Of a DNA stretch of 32,000 nt, positions 19,682 through 28,737 are shown piece by piece (within the stretch, counting starts at the first letter, position 1; each line of letters opens with the position of its first letter). The DNA lies in assembly GCA_023818895.1 (NCBI GenBank), contig JAMWCX010000003.1, positions 240,001 through 272,000 of the forward strand, in the 5' to 3' direction. Made by a program: the position numbers and the translations under genes. The notes below the pieces were generated by a model. The model was not told where the DNA came from. It was given only the letters and a program-made list of their open reading frames with translations, and searched no databases. This stretch comes from Candidatus Omnitrophota bacterium (GTDB lineage: Bacteria; Omnitrophota; Gorgyraeia; 2-01-FULL-45-10).

Positions 19682-20713
19682 ATGAAAGAAGACATCCGTC
19701 GCATAAAAGACGCGGCTATCGCAGAGATAGACGCAGCACCAGGTCCTGACGCTCTCGAAAGTATTCGTATAAAATATCTCGGCCGCAAGGGCATAATAAC
19801 GGAGCTCTTTAAGAAGATGAGCTCCGTTCCCGCCGAAGAGAGGCCTCATCTTGGAAGCCTCATAAACGAAGTAAAAGACGAAGTTACCTGTGCGCTCGCC
19901 TCGAAAACCAAAGCCGTTTCGGGCTACGAGGAAGAGCATGCCGAAAAGATCGACGTTACACTTCCTGGCGTGCCGGTACGCGCCGGTAAGATACACCCCC
20001 TGACAAAAACGATTGATGAAATATGCGGTCTTTTCATTTCTCTTGGTTTCAGGGTAGTGGAGGGGCCGGAGATAGAGACCGAACATTATAACTTTGAGAC
20101 TCTAAATATACCATTGGAACATCCATCCCGCGACGCTTTCGATACTTTCTACCTTTCCCGAGAAAAGAGGTATCTCTTGAGAAGCCATACCTCACCTGTG
20201 CAGACCCGTTTCATGGAAAAAAACTCACCGCCTTTTTCCATTATAGTGCCGGGGAAAGTCTTCAGACCCGACGCAACCGATGCCTCACATTCTTTTATGT
20301 TTCACCAGGTCGAGGGGTTGGTGGTAGGAGAAAAGGTACGTTTTTCCGATCTGAAAGGCATTCTTGAGATATTCGCAAGGCAGATGTTCGGCCGGAATAC
20401 GCGTATGCGTTTCAGGCCGAGCTTTTTTCCATTTACGGAACCAAGCGCGGAAGTGGACATATCATGTATCCTTTGCGGCGGAAGAGAATTTACTGCCAAA
20501 AGATGTTCCATGTGCGGCGGCAAAGGATGGCTAGAGATACTCGGAGCCGGTATGGTGAACCCAAAGGTTTTCGAGGCCGTCGGATACGATACCGAGAGAG
20601 TGACTGGATTTGCCTTTGGAATGGGTGTCGAAAGGATCGCTATCCTTAAGTACGGTATTACGGATATCAGATTATTTTTTGAGAATGATATCAGATTTTT
20701 GAGACAATTCTAA
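19682..20713 (+). CDS. pheS: phenylalanine--tRNA ligase alpha subunit
   Basis: Motif 2 FRPSFFPFTEPSAEVD and motif 3 GFAFGMGVERIAILKYG. It also has a Cys4 knuckle CILCGG..CSMCGGKGWLEILGAGMV, as in many bacterial PheS proteins. Confidence 0.95.
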   Translation: MKEDIRRIKDAAIAEIDAAPGPDALESIRIKYLGRKGIITELFKKMSSVPAEERPHLGSLINEVKDEVTCALASKTKAVSGYEEEHAEKIDVTLPGVPVRAGKIHPLTKTIDEICGLFISLGFRVVEGPEIETEHYNFETLNIPLEHPSRDAFDTFYLSREKRYLLRSHTSPVQTRFMEKNSPPFSIIVPGKVFRPDATDASHSFMFHQVEGLVVGEKVRFSDLKGILEIFARQMFGRNTRMRFRPSFFPFTEPSAEVDISCILCGGREFTAKRCSMCGGKGWLEILGAGMVNPKVFEAVGYDTERVTGFAFGMGVERIAILKYGITDIRLFFENDIRFLRQF

Positions 20714-20715
20714 TC

Positions 20716-22764
20716 ATGAGAATCTCATACGACTGGTTAAAGAAATACGTAGATGTTAAGCTATCGGCCGAGAAGCTCGCTGATCTTTTGACAATGGGAG
20801 GGTTAAGCGTTGAATCTATCGAAAAGTTCGGAAACGATTATATCCTTGAGATAGAGATAACCGCCAATAGGCCTGACTGGCTTTCAATAATAGGTGTTGC
20901 AAGGGAGGTTGCTGCCATGACTGGAGCCCGCCTTGAAATACCGGCTGTAACGCAGCAACACCGCAGCCCTTCGAATAAAAAAGCTAAAGCTGTTTTTATA
21001 AAAGTTGAGGATAAGAAGCTCTGCCCGAGGTATACCGCGCGGCTGATAACCGATATTAAGGTGGCTCCCTCTCCGGCTTGGCTTAAGGCTCGACTCGAAG
21101 CCGTAGGCCTGAGAAGCGTTAACAATATAGTTGACATTATAAACTTCTGCCTATTTGAAACAGGCGAACCCATGCATGCCTTCGACTTCGACAAAATCGC
21201 TGGCGGCCAGATAATAGTACGTAAAGCCCGCTCCGGAGAAAAGATAACGGTAATTGAGGGTGCGGAAAAGACCCTTGATGAGTCGGTTCTTGTGATAGCA
21301 GATAGCGATAAACCTATCGCGATAGCCGGTGTGATGGGCGGCCTTAATACTGAAGTAACAGAATCTACAAAGAACATTCTTTTAGAGGCAGCTTTTTTTG
21401 ATCCGATATCAATCAGGAGGACATGCCGCAAGCTCGGCATATCAACTGAATCAAGCTATAGGTTCGAAAGAGGCGTTGACCCCGAAAATATCGTATGTGC
21501 CTCTTACAGAGCTCTCGGACTGATCCTTGAGCTCGCTGGCGGCCAACCAGGTGAATTTACAGATATCAACTATTCGCAAACACAAAAACGCATCATAGAT
21601 CTCAGGCCGGAGAAAGTGAACGCCGTTCTAGGTATCGATATACCGGTTGAACGGATGAAAAAGATATTGATATCTTTGGGGATAGGCATCCCTATGGAGT
21701 CAAAGAGTAGACTTTCTTTGCAAGTCCCTTCTTTCAGGAATGATTTAAGATATGAGATCGATATAGTAGAAGAGATCTCAAGGATATTCGGATATCAGAA
21801 CATACCTTCCACTATACCTTCTATAGTAGAACAGCCCGTCAGGATGGAGAAGGAACTTTTGCTACGAGGTTCGGTACGCTCGGCCATAGCCGGCGCTGGG
21901 TGTGATGAAATAATAACATATAGTCTTCTTAGTAGAAAGTCTGTCGCCTCAGCAGGATTGGCCCCACAAGCCCTTGTTGATATCGAGAACCCCCTGACGA
22001 GCGAACAGGAGGTGATGCGACCAAGCCTTATTCCCGGGATGCTCGGCGCGATGGCGCGCAATATGAACAGGAAATTGAAAGACCTGAAACTTTTTGAGAT
22101 CGGCAACATCTATCTGAAGAAACCCGGAGGTGAATATTCTGAAAAAAATCATCTCTGTGTCGGAATAGCAGGCACTTCTTTTGCGCATTGGGCATCATCA
22201 TCCAGACAGGCCGATTTCTTCGAGCTGAAAGGAATATTGGAGCGCCTGTTTGCCTGGCTCGGAATACGTGAGGCCGCCTTCCAACAAACAAGACATGAAA
22301 GTTTCGCACTGGCCGAATGCGCAAGCATAGAAATAGGCGGAAGGCCCATAGGGGTGATGGGAAAACTCGCCACAAGGGTGCTGACCTCTTTCGATATTAA
22401 GGAAGCCGTTTATCTGGCCGAGATGAATCTGGAGGAACTCTTCAAATATGTACCAGTCGAAAAAAGATTTGAGGAATTGCCGCGATATCCTTCTGTATGG
22501 CGGGATATCTCTATCATAGTCGCTAAGGAGACAGTCAATGCCGATATTCTGTCGATCATGAAAAAGACCGCGGGCGCGCTCCTTAAAGATGCTTATCTTA
22601 TCGATAGATATTCCGGAAAACAAGTGCCAGAAGGCAAGGTGAGCCTTACCTACAGGCTGGAATATCAGGATCCGACAAGAACTCTCGAAGAAAAATACAT
22701 CTCAGATATACATTCCAAAGTACTGCATTCTCTCGAAGAGAGATTTGGTGCGAAGCTGCGATAA
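20716..22764 (+). CDS. pheT: phenylalanine--tRNA ligase beta subunit, short form (682 aa) apparently lacking the B2 OB-fold tRNA-binding domain
   Basis: The N-terminal B1 domain (MRISYDWLKKYV...GGLSVESIEK) runs directly into ILEIEITANRPDWLSIIGVAREVA. That segment sits at about residue 150 in E. coli PheT. B3/4, B5 and the C-terminal FDX-ACB-like (RYPSVWRDISIIV) regions are present. Confidence 0.92.
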   Translation: MRISYDWLKKYVDVKLSAEKLADLLTMGGLSVESIEKFGNDYILEIEITANRPDWLSIIGVAREVAAMTGARLEIPAVTQQHRSPSNKKAKAVFIKVEDKKLCPRYTARLITDIKVAPSPAWLKARLEAVGLRSVNNIVDIINFCLFETGEPMHAFDFDKIAGGQIIVRKARSGEKITVIEGAEKTLDESVLVIADSDKPIAIAGVMGGLNTEVTESTKNILLEAAFFDPISIRRTCRKLGISTESSYRFERGVDPENIVCASYRALGLILELAGGQPGEFTDINYSQTQKRIIDLRPEKVNAVLGIDIPVERMKKILISLGIGIPMESKSRLSLQVPSFRNDLRYEIDIVEEISRIFGYQNIPSTIPSIVEQPVRMEKELLLRGSVRSAIAGAGCDEIITYSLLSRKSVASAGLAPQALVDIENPLTSEQEVMRPSLIPGMLGAMARNMNRKLKDLKLFEIGNIYLKKPGGEYSEKNHLCVGIAGTSFAHWASSSRQADFFELKGILERLFAWLGIREAAFQQTRHESFALAECASIEIGGRPIGVMGKLATRVLTSFDIKEAVYLAEMNLEELFKYVPVEKRFEELPRYPSVWRDISIIVAKETVNADILSIMKKTAGALLKDAYLIDRYSGKQVPEGKVSLTYRLEYQDPTRTLEEKYISDIHSKVLHSLEERFGAKLR

Positions 22765-22771
22765 GAGACAA

Positions 22772-22800
22772 CGCCGCGATAGGCCCGGCTTTTCTTTTTG
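22772..22800 (+). terminator. possible intrinsic terminator after pheT
   Basis: A short GC stem gccg(22773-22776)/cggc(22786-22789) is followed by ttttctttttg. The stem is weak. Confidence 0.35.
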
Positions 22801-22824
22801 CGGATTCCGTGGTATACTTTAGTC

Positions 22825-23075
22825 GAGAACGATATCCGCCCTAACCTTTTAACGATGAGCGATGGTAAGAATTTGGCGGATATCGTGCCGGTAGGGTGAC
22901 AAGAACGAAAAATCCCTGCGGTGCGCGTGATCGGAATGAAGAATCTTGAGCCATTAGCACTAAACTAGGGAGCCTAACTGAGCATACGCCTTGGCGTATG
23001 ACCGAGGGCACCCACCTGTTCATAACAGGGTCAAGATAATTCATATCACAACGGCATTGCGGGGATTTTTTATGG
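22825..23075 (+). ncRNA. candidate structured ncRNA of unknown class (6S-like architecture), core 22908-23070
   Basis: A 460-nt gap has no credible CDS. An extended -10 TGgTATACT lies at 22810-22818. A 12-bp perfect hairpin pairs 22829-22840 with 22875-22886. A 17-bp closing helix pairs 22908-22924 with 23054-23070; its 3 G-U pairs are valid only on the plus strand. It is followed by stacked helices, an internal bubble of about 19 and 18 nt, and an apical stem-loop (details in findings). Confidence 0.35.
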
Positions 23076-23222
23076 CTCAACTTTTTGGCTTGCCGCCATT
23101 AAGATTTCGATAACTGGTCCTCGGTTGGTATGAGGTATCAAATTTTAAAGAATCGCTAAAGAAGACGCCTAAAAAGTTTTATTGAGCGTTGGTTTGATAA
23201 ATATCAGGAATAGACAAATACA

Positions 23223-24536
23223 ATGGACCTATTTGAGAAGAAGTCCAACGATACTCTAGATGAGCCGCTGGCGCTGAGGATGAGACCGAAGACACTCGAT
23301 GATTTCGTAGGCCAAGATCACGTGTTGGGCAAGGATAAGCTACTGCGCCGCCTCATCGAGACCGACCGAATAATGTCTTTGATACTTTACGGCCCCCCAG
23401 GATGCGGGAAGACGACGCTCGCGCTTATTATAAGCGATAAGACAAGATCCCATTTTGAGCGCATAAATGCCGCTTCCCACAACGTCGCTGATATGAGGCG
23501 CATTATCGACGCGGCGAAACGCCGTCAGGCTATAGAAGGAAGGCGCACGATATTGCTCATCGACGAAATCCACCGTTTTAACAAGGCCCAGCAGGATGTC
23601 CTCATGCCCGATGTGGAGGCAGGCAATCCCGTCCTCATAGGCACTACTACTCATAACCCATTTTTTTATGTAAATTCCGCGCTTCTTTCGCGCTCTCAAG
23701 TCTTTGAATTCAAGAAGCTCTCTGATGAAGACGTAGTTATTATTTTAAAACGCGCCCTTGAAGATAAAGAACGCGGCCTTGGCAAGATGGCGATAGATAT
23801 GGAAGAAGAGGCGCTTAAACACCTCGCCAAAGTTTCAGAGGGCGATGCCAGGCGGGCCCTCTCGGCGCTGGAAGTCGGTTGCCTTTCGACAAAGGCCGGT
23901 AAGGATAAAAAGATACATTTCACAGTCAAGGTAGCCGAGGAATCGATACAGAAGAAGGCCGTGGTATATGACAAGGACGAGGATGGCCACTACGATACGA
24001 TATCGGCGTTCATAAAGTCTATGCGGGGCTCCGATCCGGACGCTGTGTTATACTGGCTCGCTAAAATGATATATGCCGGCGAGGATCCGAGGTTCATTGC
24101 TCGCCGCATAGTGATTTGCGCCGCCGAGGATGTAGGCAACGCAGATCCTCAAGCGCTCGTTGTGGCTAACGCTGCCCTCCAGGTCTCGGAATTTGTCGGC
24201 ATGCCGGAAGCGAGGATTCCTCTTGCCCAGGCCGCGGTCTATGTGGCGTGTGCCCCAAAATCAAACGCCGCGTATCTTGGCATCGAAGCCGCACTTAAGG
24301 ATGTTGAAGAGGGGCGACTACTTGACGTCCCAGATCATCTTAAGGATGCAACCCTCGATGGAACCGTGTTTGGTCACGGCAAGGGCTATAAATACGCACA
24401 TGATTTCAAGGATCATTACGTAAAACAGCAGTATAAGCCATCGGATACCAAGTATTACATCCCGACGAATATGGGCTATGAAGCGAAAATAAAAGAGTGG
24501 CTAGAAAAGCTGAAGAATACAACCCCGTCCCCTTAA
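23223..24536 (+). CDS. rarA: replication-associated recombination protein A (RarA/MgsA AAA+ ATPase)
   Basis: [19 protein letters not shown], Walker [12 protein letters not shown], Walker [16 protein letters not shown], and the C-terminal MgsA domain [26 protein letters not shown]. Confidence 0.93.
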   Translation: MDLFEKKSNDTLDEPLALRMRPKTLDDFVGQDHVLGKDKLLRRLIETDRIMSLILYGPPGCGKTTLALIISDKTRSHFERINAASHNVADMRRIIDAAKRRQAIEGRRTILLIDEIHRFNKAQQDVLMPDVEAGNPVLIGTTTHNPFFYVNSALLSRSQVFEFKKLSDEDVVIILKRALEDKERGLGKMAIDMEEEALKHLAKVSEGDARRALSALEVGCLSTKAGKDKKIHFTVKVAEESIQKKAVVYDKDEDGHYDTISAFIKSMRGSDPDAVLYWLAKMIYAGEDPRFIARRIVICAAEDVGNADPQALVVANAALQVSEFVGMPEARIPLAQAAVYVACAPKSNAAYLGIEAALKDVEEGRLLDVPDHLKDATLDGTVFGHGKGYKYAHDFKDHYVKQQYKPSDTKYYIPTNMGYEAKIKEWLEKLKNTTPSP

Positions 24537-24570
24537 AGGAAGGGCTATATGGGCGAAAAGAGGGCGCGAT

Positions 24571-25563
24571 ATGACCAAAAAAGCGGTCGTTCTATTCTCT
24601 GGAGGACTAGACTCGATACTGGCAACACGGCTTATGATGGAGCTGGGCATAGAGGTTGCGTGCGTTCACTACTATATCGAGTTTGCTGCCTGCGGAGGAG
24701 GGGAAACATCGGCTGTTAATGCCGCTAAAATGCTCGGCGTTCCGATCAAGATATTCGATATCACTGCAGAATATCTTGAAATGTTCAGAAATCCAAAACA
24801 TGGTTATGGCGCGAATATAAATCCCTGCATCGACTGCAAGATACTTATGCTTAAGAAGGCAAAGGAATATATGGCCGAAATTGGCGCTTCGTTTCTTGTG
24901 ACCGGCGAGGTCCTCGGCGAAAGGCCGATGTCGCAGCGCAGAGATGCTCTAAACATTATAGAAAAAAACAGCGGCGTGCGCGGCATTCTCCTTAGGCCGC
25001 TTTCAGCAAAGTTGCTGGTGCCGACTATTCCGGAAGCAAAAGGCGTCGTTGACCGCGAAAAGCTTCTCGATATACAGGGCCGTAGCCGCAAGATACAGAT
25101 GGAGCTTGCCGCGCGTTTCGGCATAAAGGAATATCCAAATCCATCAGGAGGATGTCTTCTCACCGACCCAGGTTTTACAAAAAGAGTCAAAGACCTCATA
25201 GCGCACAACGACCTGAGCCTTGAAAGCCTGCGGCTTTTGAAGGTTGGCCGCCACTTCAGGCTGTCAGACAAGTCGAAACTTATCATAGGACGAGACAAAA
25301 ATGAGAACAAATATATGCAGAGCCTCGCCAAAGACGGCGATGTCTGCATAAGGCTTAAAGACAGGCAGGGCCCATTTTCGATAATTCGCGGCTTTGCCGA
25401 CGAGCCTCTTATAAAACGGGCATGTGAAATAGTGGCGCAGCATACTAAATTCCGAAGCGAAGAATTTCTCAATATCCTTTGGTGGCGAAAAGGGGGTGAT
25501 GAAAGGCAGATAGTTAAGGCCAGGGCGGCGTCCGCCGAAGAAATCAGCAAAAGCAGGATTTGA
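24571..25563 (+). CDS. PP-loop ATP pyrophosphatase family protein (ThiI/MnmA-like putative sulfurtransferase; exact family not resolved)
   Basis: N-terminal PP-loop VVLFSGGLDS. Cys motifs NPCIDCK and PSGGCLLTDP. 330 aa. It sits directly upstream of the thiamine unit. Confidence 0.55.
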   Translation: MTKKAVVLFSGGLDSILATRLMMELGIEVACVHYYIEFAACGGGETSAVNAAKMLGVPIKIFDITAEYLEMFRNPKHGYGANINPCIDCKILMLKKAKEYMAEIGASFLVTGEVLGERPMSQRRDALNIIEKNSGVRGILLRPLSAKLLVPTIPEAKGVVDREKLLDIQGRSRKIQMELAARFGIKEYPNPSGGCLLTDPGFTKRVKDLIAHNDLSLESLRLLKVGRHFRLSDKSKLIIGRDKNENKYMQSLAKDGDVCIRLKDRQGPFSIIRGFADEPLIKRACEIVAQHTKFRSEEFLNILWWRKGGDERQIVKARAASAEEISKSRI

Positions 25564-25597
25564 CATATCGATTGACATATGTTCTAATATACACGCA

Positions 25598-25694
25598 AGT
25601 TCAGGGGAGGTTGTAAGGCAGCCTGAGAGTTCCGCGCAATAAGCGGATTACCCGAAGGACCTGATCCGGATAATGCCGGCGTAGGGAAGAAACA
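25598..25694 (+). promoter_or_regulatory. TPP (THI-box) riboswitch
   Basis: caGGGGagg...CTGAGA...ACCCgaaggACCTGATCCGGATAATGCCGGCGTAGGGAag matches the THI element core almost exactly. A tandem TTGACATAT (25560-25568 and 25572-25580) just upstream is a possible promoter -35. Confidence 0.9.
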
Positions 25695-25700
25695 TCAAGG

Positions 25701-25728
25701 CTCTTATGCATCGGCATAAGGGTTTTTT
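25701..25728 (+). terminator. riboswitch expression-platform intrinsic terminator
   Basis: A 9-bp stem ctcttatgc/gcataaggg has loop atcg and is followed by TTTTTT. It lies between the aptamer and the thiE start. Confidence 0.8.
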
Positions 25729-25753
25729 ATTTACAGGCGAGGTGAGCGCTATA

Positions 25754-26398
25754 ATGAGAAAAATAAAAGACCGTAGCCTATACCTTGTGATAAGCGAGGA
25801 ATATTCGGATGGCAGGCCGGCAATTTGGATCGCCGAAAGAGCGGTTGCCGGCGGTGTCGATATAATCCAGATGCGGGAAAAGAATAAATCGATGCAGGAG
25901 CTTGTTGAAATCGGCAGCAAGATGCGTGATATCTGCCAGAAATCAAGCGCCCTCTTCATCGTAAACGACGATCCGACGCTCGCTCTACAACTGCGCGCAG
26001 ATGGGGTTCATCTTGGCCAAGAAGATATAGCCCGTTTTCCGATAAAAAAAGCGAGAGATATTCTCGGCCCCGAAAGGATAATAGGCGTTTCCACGCACTC
26101 AATTGAGGAGGCGAAAGAAGCCTGCGCAAAAGAAGTGGATTATATAGCTTTTGGGCCTATATTTCCAACCGAGGCCAAGGGCTATCATATAGGCAAAGAA
26201 GGCATAAAAGAGGTCTTGGCGCTGGTAAAAAAACCCGTATTTTTCATAGGGGGCATAAATCTGTCAAATATAGCAGAAGTCCTGGCTGAGGGAGGTCGTA
26301 ATATCGCTCTCATAAGACCGATAACTCAGGCGGTGGATGTTGAGTCTGCGGTAAAAAAGTTTAAGAAGGCTCTTATACGGCCGGAAGGAGCAAGATGA
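25754..26398 (+). CDS. thiE: thiamine-phosphate synthase
   Basis: Start moved to ATG 25754 (SD gaggtga 9 nt upstream), because the ORF-track start at 25706 lies inside the terminator hairpin. Motifs: [30 protein letters not shown] and FFIGGIN. Confidence 0.9.
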   Translation: MRKIKDRSLYLVISEEYSDGRPAIWIAERAVAGGVDIIQMREKNKSMQELVEIGSKMRDICQKSSALFIVNDDPTLALQLRADGVHLGQEDIARFPIKKARDILGPERIIGVSTHSIEEAKEACAKEVDYIAFGPIFPTEAKGYHIGKEGIKEVLALVKKPVFFIGGINLSNIAEVLAEGGRNIALIRPITQAVDVESAVKKFKKALIRPEGAR

Positions 26399-27168
26399 AA
26401 CTGGATGAGATAAAGATATCTAAAGCGATAATAGAAACCTATAAGGACAAGCTTGTGTCCGCCCTGGACATAGATGTAGCTATAGTTGGGGCCGGCCCCG
26501 CCGGCATGGTTTGTGGTTATTATCTCGCCAGGAATGACAGGAGGGTTGCGATATTCGAGCGGAAGCTTTCCGTCGGAGGCGGGATGTGGGGCGGCGGCAT
26601 CATGTTCAATGAGATAGTGGTGCAGGAAGCGGCGAAGAGGATACTGGACGAATTCGGCGTCAGGACGAAAAGCTACGAGAAAGGCTATTATACCGCCGAT
26701 TCAATCGAAGCCGTCTCTACCATATGCTCAAGGACCGTCAAGGCAGGGGTCAGAATATTTAATCTCATGAGCGTCGAGGATGTGATGGTAAGGAAGAACA
26801 GAATCTGCGGGCTTGTTCTGAACTGGACAGCCGTTGAAATAGCGGCCTTGCATGTTGACCCCATCTCAATGGCGGCGCGCTTTGTAGTAGATGCGACAGG
26901 ACACGCCGCGGAGGTTGCCCGCATAGCAGAAAAAAAGTCCGGACTGAAATTAAAGACAAAAACAGGCAGGACAATAGGCGAAGGCTCCATGTGGGCGGAT
27001 GTCGGCGAGGATACGATCGTGAAAAACTCTAAAGAGGTTGCCCCAGGCCTTTATACCTGCGGCATGTGCGCCAACGCTGTTCTCGGCGGTCCGCGCATGG
27101 GACCAATATTTGGCGGGATGCTTCTTTCAGGCGAGAAAGTGGCAAAGGATATCCTGCAGCGTTTATAA
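26395..27168 (+). CDS. thi4: Thi4-type thiazole synthase (archaeal/eukaryotic-type), apparently the non-Cys (His) variant
   Basis: Dinucleotide fold [11 protein letters not shown], plus [14 protein letters not shown] and [19 protein letters not shown] overlap with thiE. The position aligned by memory to yeast Cys205 (TQCC-MDPN) reads ALH-VDPI, with the His codon at 26851-26853. Confidence 0.85.
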   Translation: MKLDEIKISKAIIETYKDKLVSALDIDVAIVGAGPAGMVCGYYLARNDRRVAIFERKLSVGGGMWGGGIMFNEIVVQEAAKRILDEFGVRTKSYEKGYYTADSIEAVSTICSRTVKAGVRIFNLMSVEDVMVRKNRICGLVLNWTAVEIAALHVDPISMAARFVVDATGHAAEVARIAEKKSGLKLKTKTGRTIGEGSMWADVGEDTIVKNSKEVAPGLYTCGMCANAVLGGPRMGPIFGGMLLSGEKVAKDILQRL

Positions 27169-27192
27169 TCTTCCATAGAAATAATAAAATTC

Positions 27193-27220
27193 TTGACAAA
27201 AATGAATATTGGTGTATAAT
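27193..27220 (+). promoter_or_regulatory. near-consensus sigma70 promoter upstream of the Rrf2-cysK cluster
   Basis: TTGACA (27193-27198), a 16-nt spacer, then TATAAT (27215-27220) preceded by TG. A direct repeat ATAATCA occurs at 27216-27222 and 27231-27237, just downstream of and overlapping the -10. Confidence 0.65.
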
Positions 27221-27308
27221 CACTACTAAAATAATCATATTTATCGGAATTTATATGGTAAACCAAGTTGCCAGTTTGAAAGAGCAAAAAGCTGTGAGGT
27301 GACAGCGG

Positions 27309-27773
27309 GTGAAGATAACATATAAAGGCGATTACGCTCTCAAGGCTATATTCCAACTCGCCCTGCACTATGGTAAGTCGGATGAGTGTGTGATGTCCAT
27401 TTCCGAAATAGCCAAACTTGGTGATATGCCTGTTAAATTTCTTGAGCAGATACTCCTTGCGCTTAGAAGGGGCGGTTTCGTGAAATCAAGACGCGGAGTG
27501 AAAGGCGGTTTTCTTTTGGCCAGGCACCCGAAAGAGATAAAGGTGGGTGAAGTGATAAGGTTTATGGAGGGGCCCATAGAGCCCATAGCCTGCGTTGAAA
27601 AGGAATCATACAAAGGATGTAAGGATGTTGCGGGATGCATATTTCGCGATATTTGGAAAGAGGTTAAAAATTCTGTATGCGCCATAGTTGATGCGCTGAC
27701 CTTCGAAGACCTGATAATTCGTTATAAGGAAAAGAGCTTAAAAAAATCATCCATGCTTGAATACAATATATAG
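27309..27773 (+). CDS. Rrf2-family transcriptional regulator with a three-Cys putative Fe-S site
   Basis: GTG start with SD gaggtga. The N-terminal wHTH reads [18 protein letters not shown]...[38 protein letters not shown]. Cys95-X8-Cys104-X5-Cys110 lie in [17 protein letters not shown]. Confidence 0.85.
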   Translation: MKITYKGDYALKAIFQLALHYGKSDECVMSISEIAKLGDMPVKFLEQILLALRRGGFVKSRRGVKGGFLLARHPKEIKVGEVIRFMEGPIEPIACVEKESYKGCKDVAGCIFRDIWKEVKNSVCAIVDALTFEDLIIRYKEKSLKKSSMLEYNI

Positions 27774-27781
27774 AGGAAAGT

Positions 27782-28711
27782 ATGAGTATGAATATAGCCA
27801 ACAATGTAATAGAACTTATAGGGAAAACGCCCATGGTGCGTTTAAGGCGCCTTATTACCTCCGGTATGGCCGAGGTTGTTGCTAAGCTTGAGTATTTCAA
27901 CCCAGGCGGAAGCGTAAAAGATAGGATATGCCTCGCCATGATAGAGGACGCAGAGAAAAAGGGGCTTCTCAAAAAGGGCGCGACCATAATAGAGCCAACG
28001 AGCGGTAATACGGGCATAGGCCTTGCCATGATAGCCGCCGCAAAAGGATATAAGTGCCTTCTTACCATGCCAGACACCATGTCAGTGGAGCGCCGCCAGA
28101 TTCTCAGATCATACGGCGCTGAGATAGTGTTAACACCGGGCACTGAAGGAATGAAGGGCGCTGTGAAGAAGGCGGAAGAATTATGCAAAAAAACAGCCGA
28201 CAGCTTCATGCCTCAGCAGTTCGAAAATCCGTCGAACCCGGCCGCCCACCGGCGTACCACCGCCGTAGAGATACTTGAGCAGACAAAGGGAATGCTCGAT
28301 GCTTTTGTGGCAGGAGTTGGGACAGGGGGAACCATTACCGGTGTCGGTGAAGTCTTGAAAAAGCACAATGCCGGCATAAAAATAGTCGCTGTTGAACCGA
28401 AAAAAAGCCCGGTACTATCAGGCGGACCGGCCGGACCTCACCGTATACAGGGTATAGGCGCAGGTTTTATTCCGCGCGTCCTTAACCGTAGCGTTATTGA
28501 CAGAATAATCCAGGTGGAAGATAATGATGCGTTTCTTGTCGCAAAGGCCTTGGCCAAAGACGAAGGCCTTTTTGTGGGGATATCGAGCGGCGCCGCCGTT
28601 TACGCAGCTCTTAAGATAGCAAAGGAGATGGGTGAAGGTAAGAGGGTGGTCGCTATTCTACCGGATACAGGCGAACGTTATCTATCAATGGAAGAGCATA
28701 TTAAGGCATAG
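27782..28711 (+). CDS. cysK: cysteine synthase A (O-acetylserine sulfhydrylase)
   Basis: PLP-Lys context NPGGSVKDR, plus [10 protein letters not shown] and [10 protein letters not shown]. 309 aa. Confidence 0.93.
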   Translation: MSMNIANNVIELIGKTPMVRLRRLITSGMAEVVAKLEYFNPGGSVKDRICLAMIEDAEKKGLLKKGATIIEPTSGNTGIGLAMIAAAKGYKCLLTMPDTMSVERRQILRSYGAEIVLTPGTEGMKGAVKKAEELCKKTADSFMPQQFENPSNPAAHRRTTAVEILEQTKGMLDAFVAGVGTGGTITGVGEVLKKHNAGIKIVAVEPKKSPVLSGGPAGPHRIQGIGAGFIPRVLNRSVIDRIIQVEDNDAFLVAKALAKDEGLFVGISSGAAVYAALKIAKEMGEGKRVVAILPDTGERYLSMEEHIKA

Positions 28712-28737
28712 GTTCGGGATATGGAGGGTAAGACAGC

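Noticed and set aside
22825-23075. Identity of the structured RNA as RNase P RNA, tmRNA, SRP RNA or a cobalamin/other known riboswitch
   Set aside because: The hallmark sequences are absent on either strand. I found no GAGGAAAGTCC-type RNase P core, no tRNA-like tmRNA ends, no SRP helix-8 GGAA/AGCA motif and no B12 box. The class is therefore left open, with only a 6S-like architecture noted.
22841-23080. 79-aa minus-strand ORF (MSHKKSPQCRC...) in the pheT-rarA gap
   Set aside because: It has no SD and no recognisable motif. It exactly overlies the extensive plus-strand RNA secondary structure, whose G-U pairs argue for a plus-strand transcript. It is most likely a chance ORF.
24804-25550. 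248-aa minus-strand ORF antisense to the PP-loop gene (similar cases: 20838-21440, 27664-28209, 16660-17175, 2861-3430, 1116-1777)
   Set aside because: These are Ser/Arg/Leu/Pro-rich shadow ORFs lying fully inside well-supported genes on the opposite strand. They have no motifs or start signals.
25706-25753. ORF-track start of thiE at 25706
   Set aside because: These codons lie inside the riboswitch terminator hairpin and T-run. ATG 25754 has a good SD, and the conserved ThiE N-terminus starts there.
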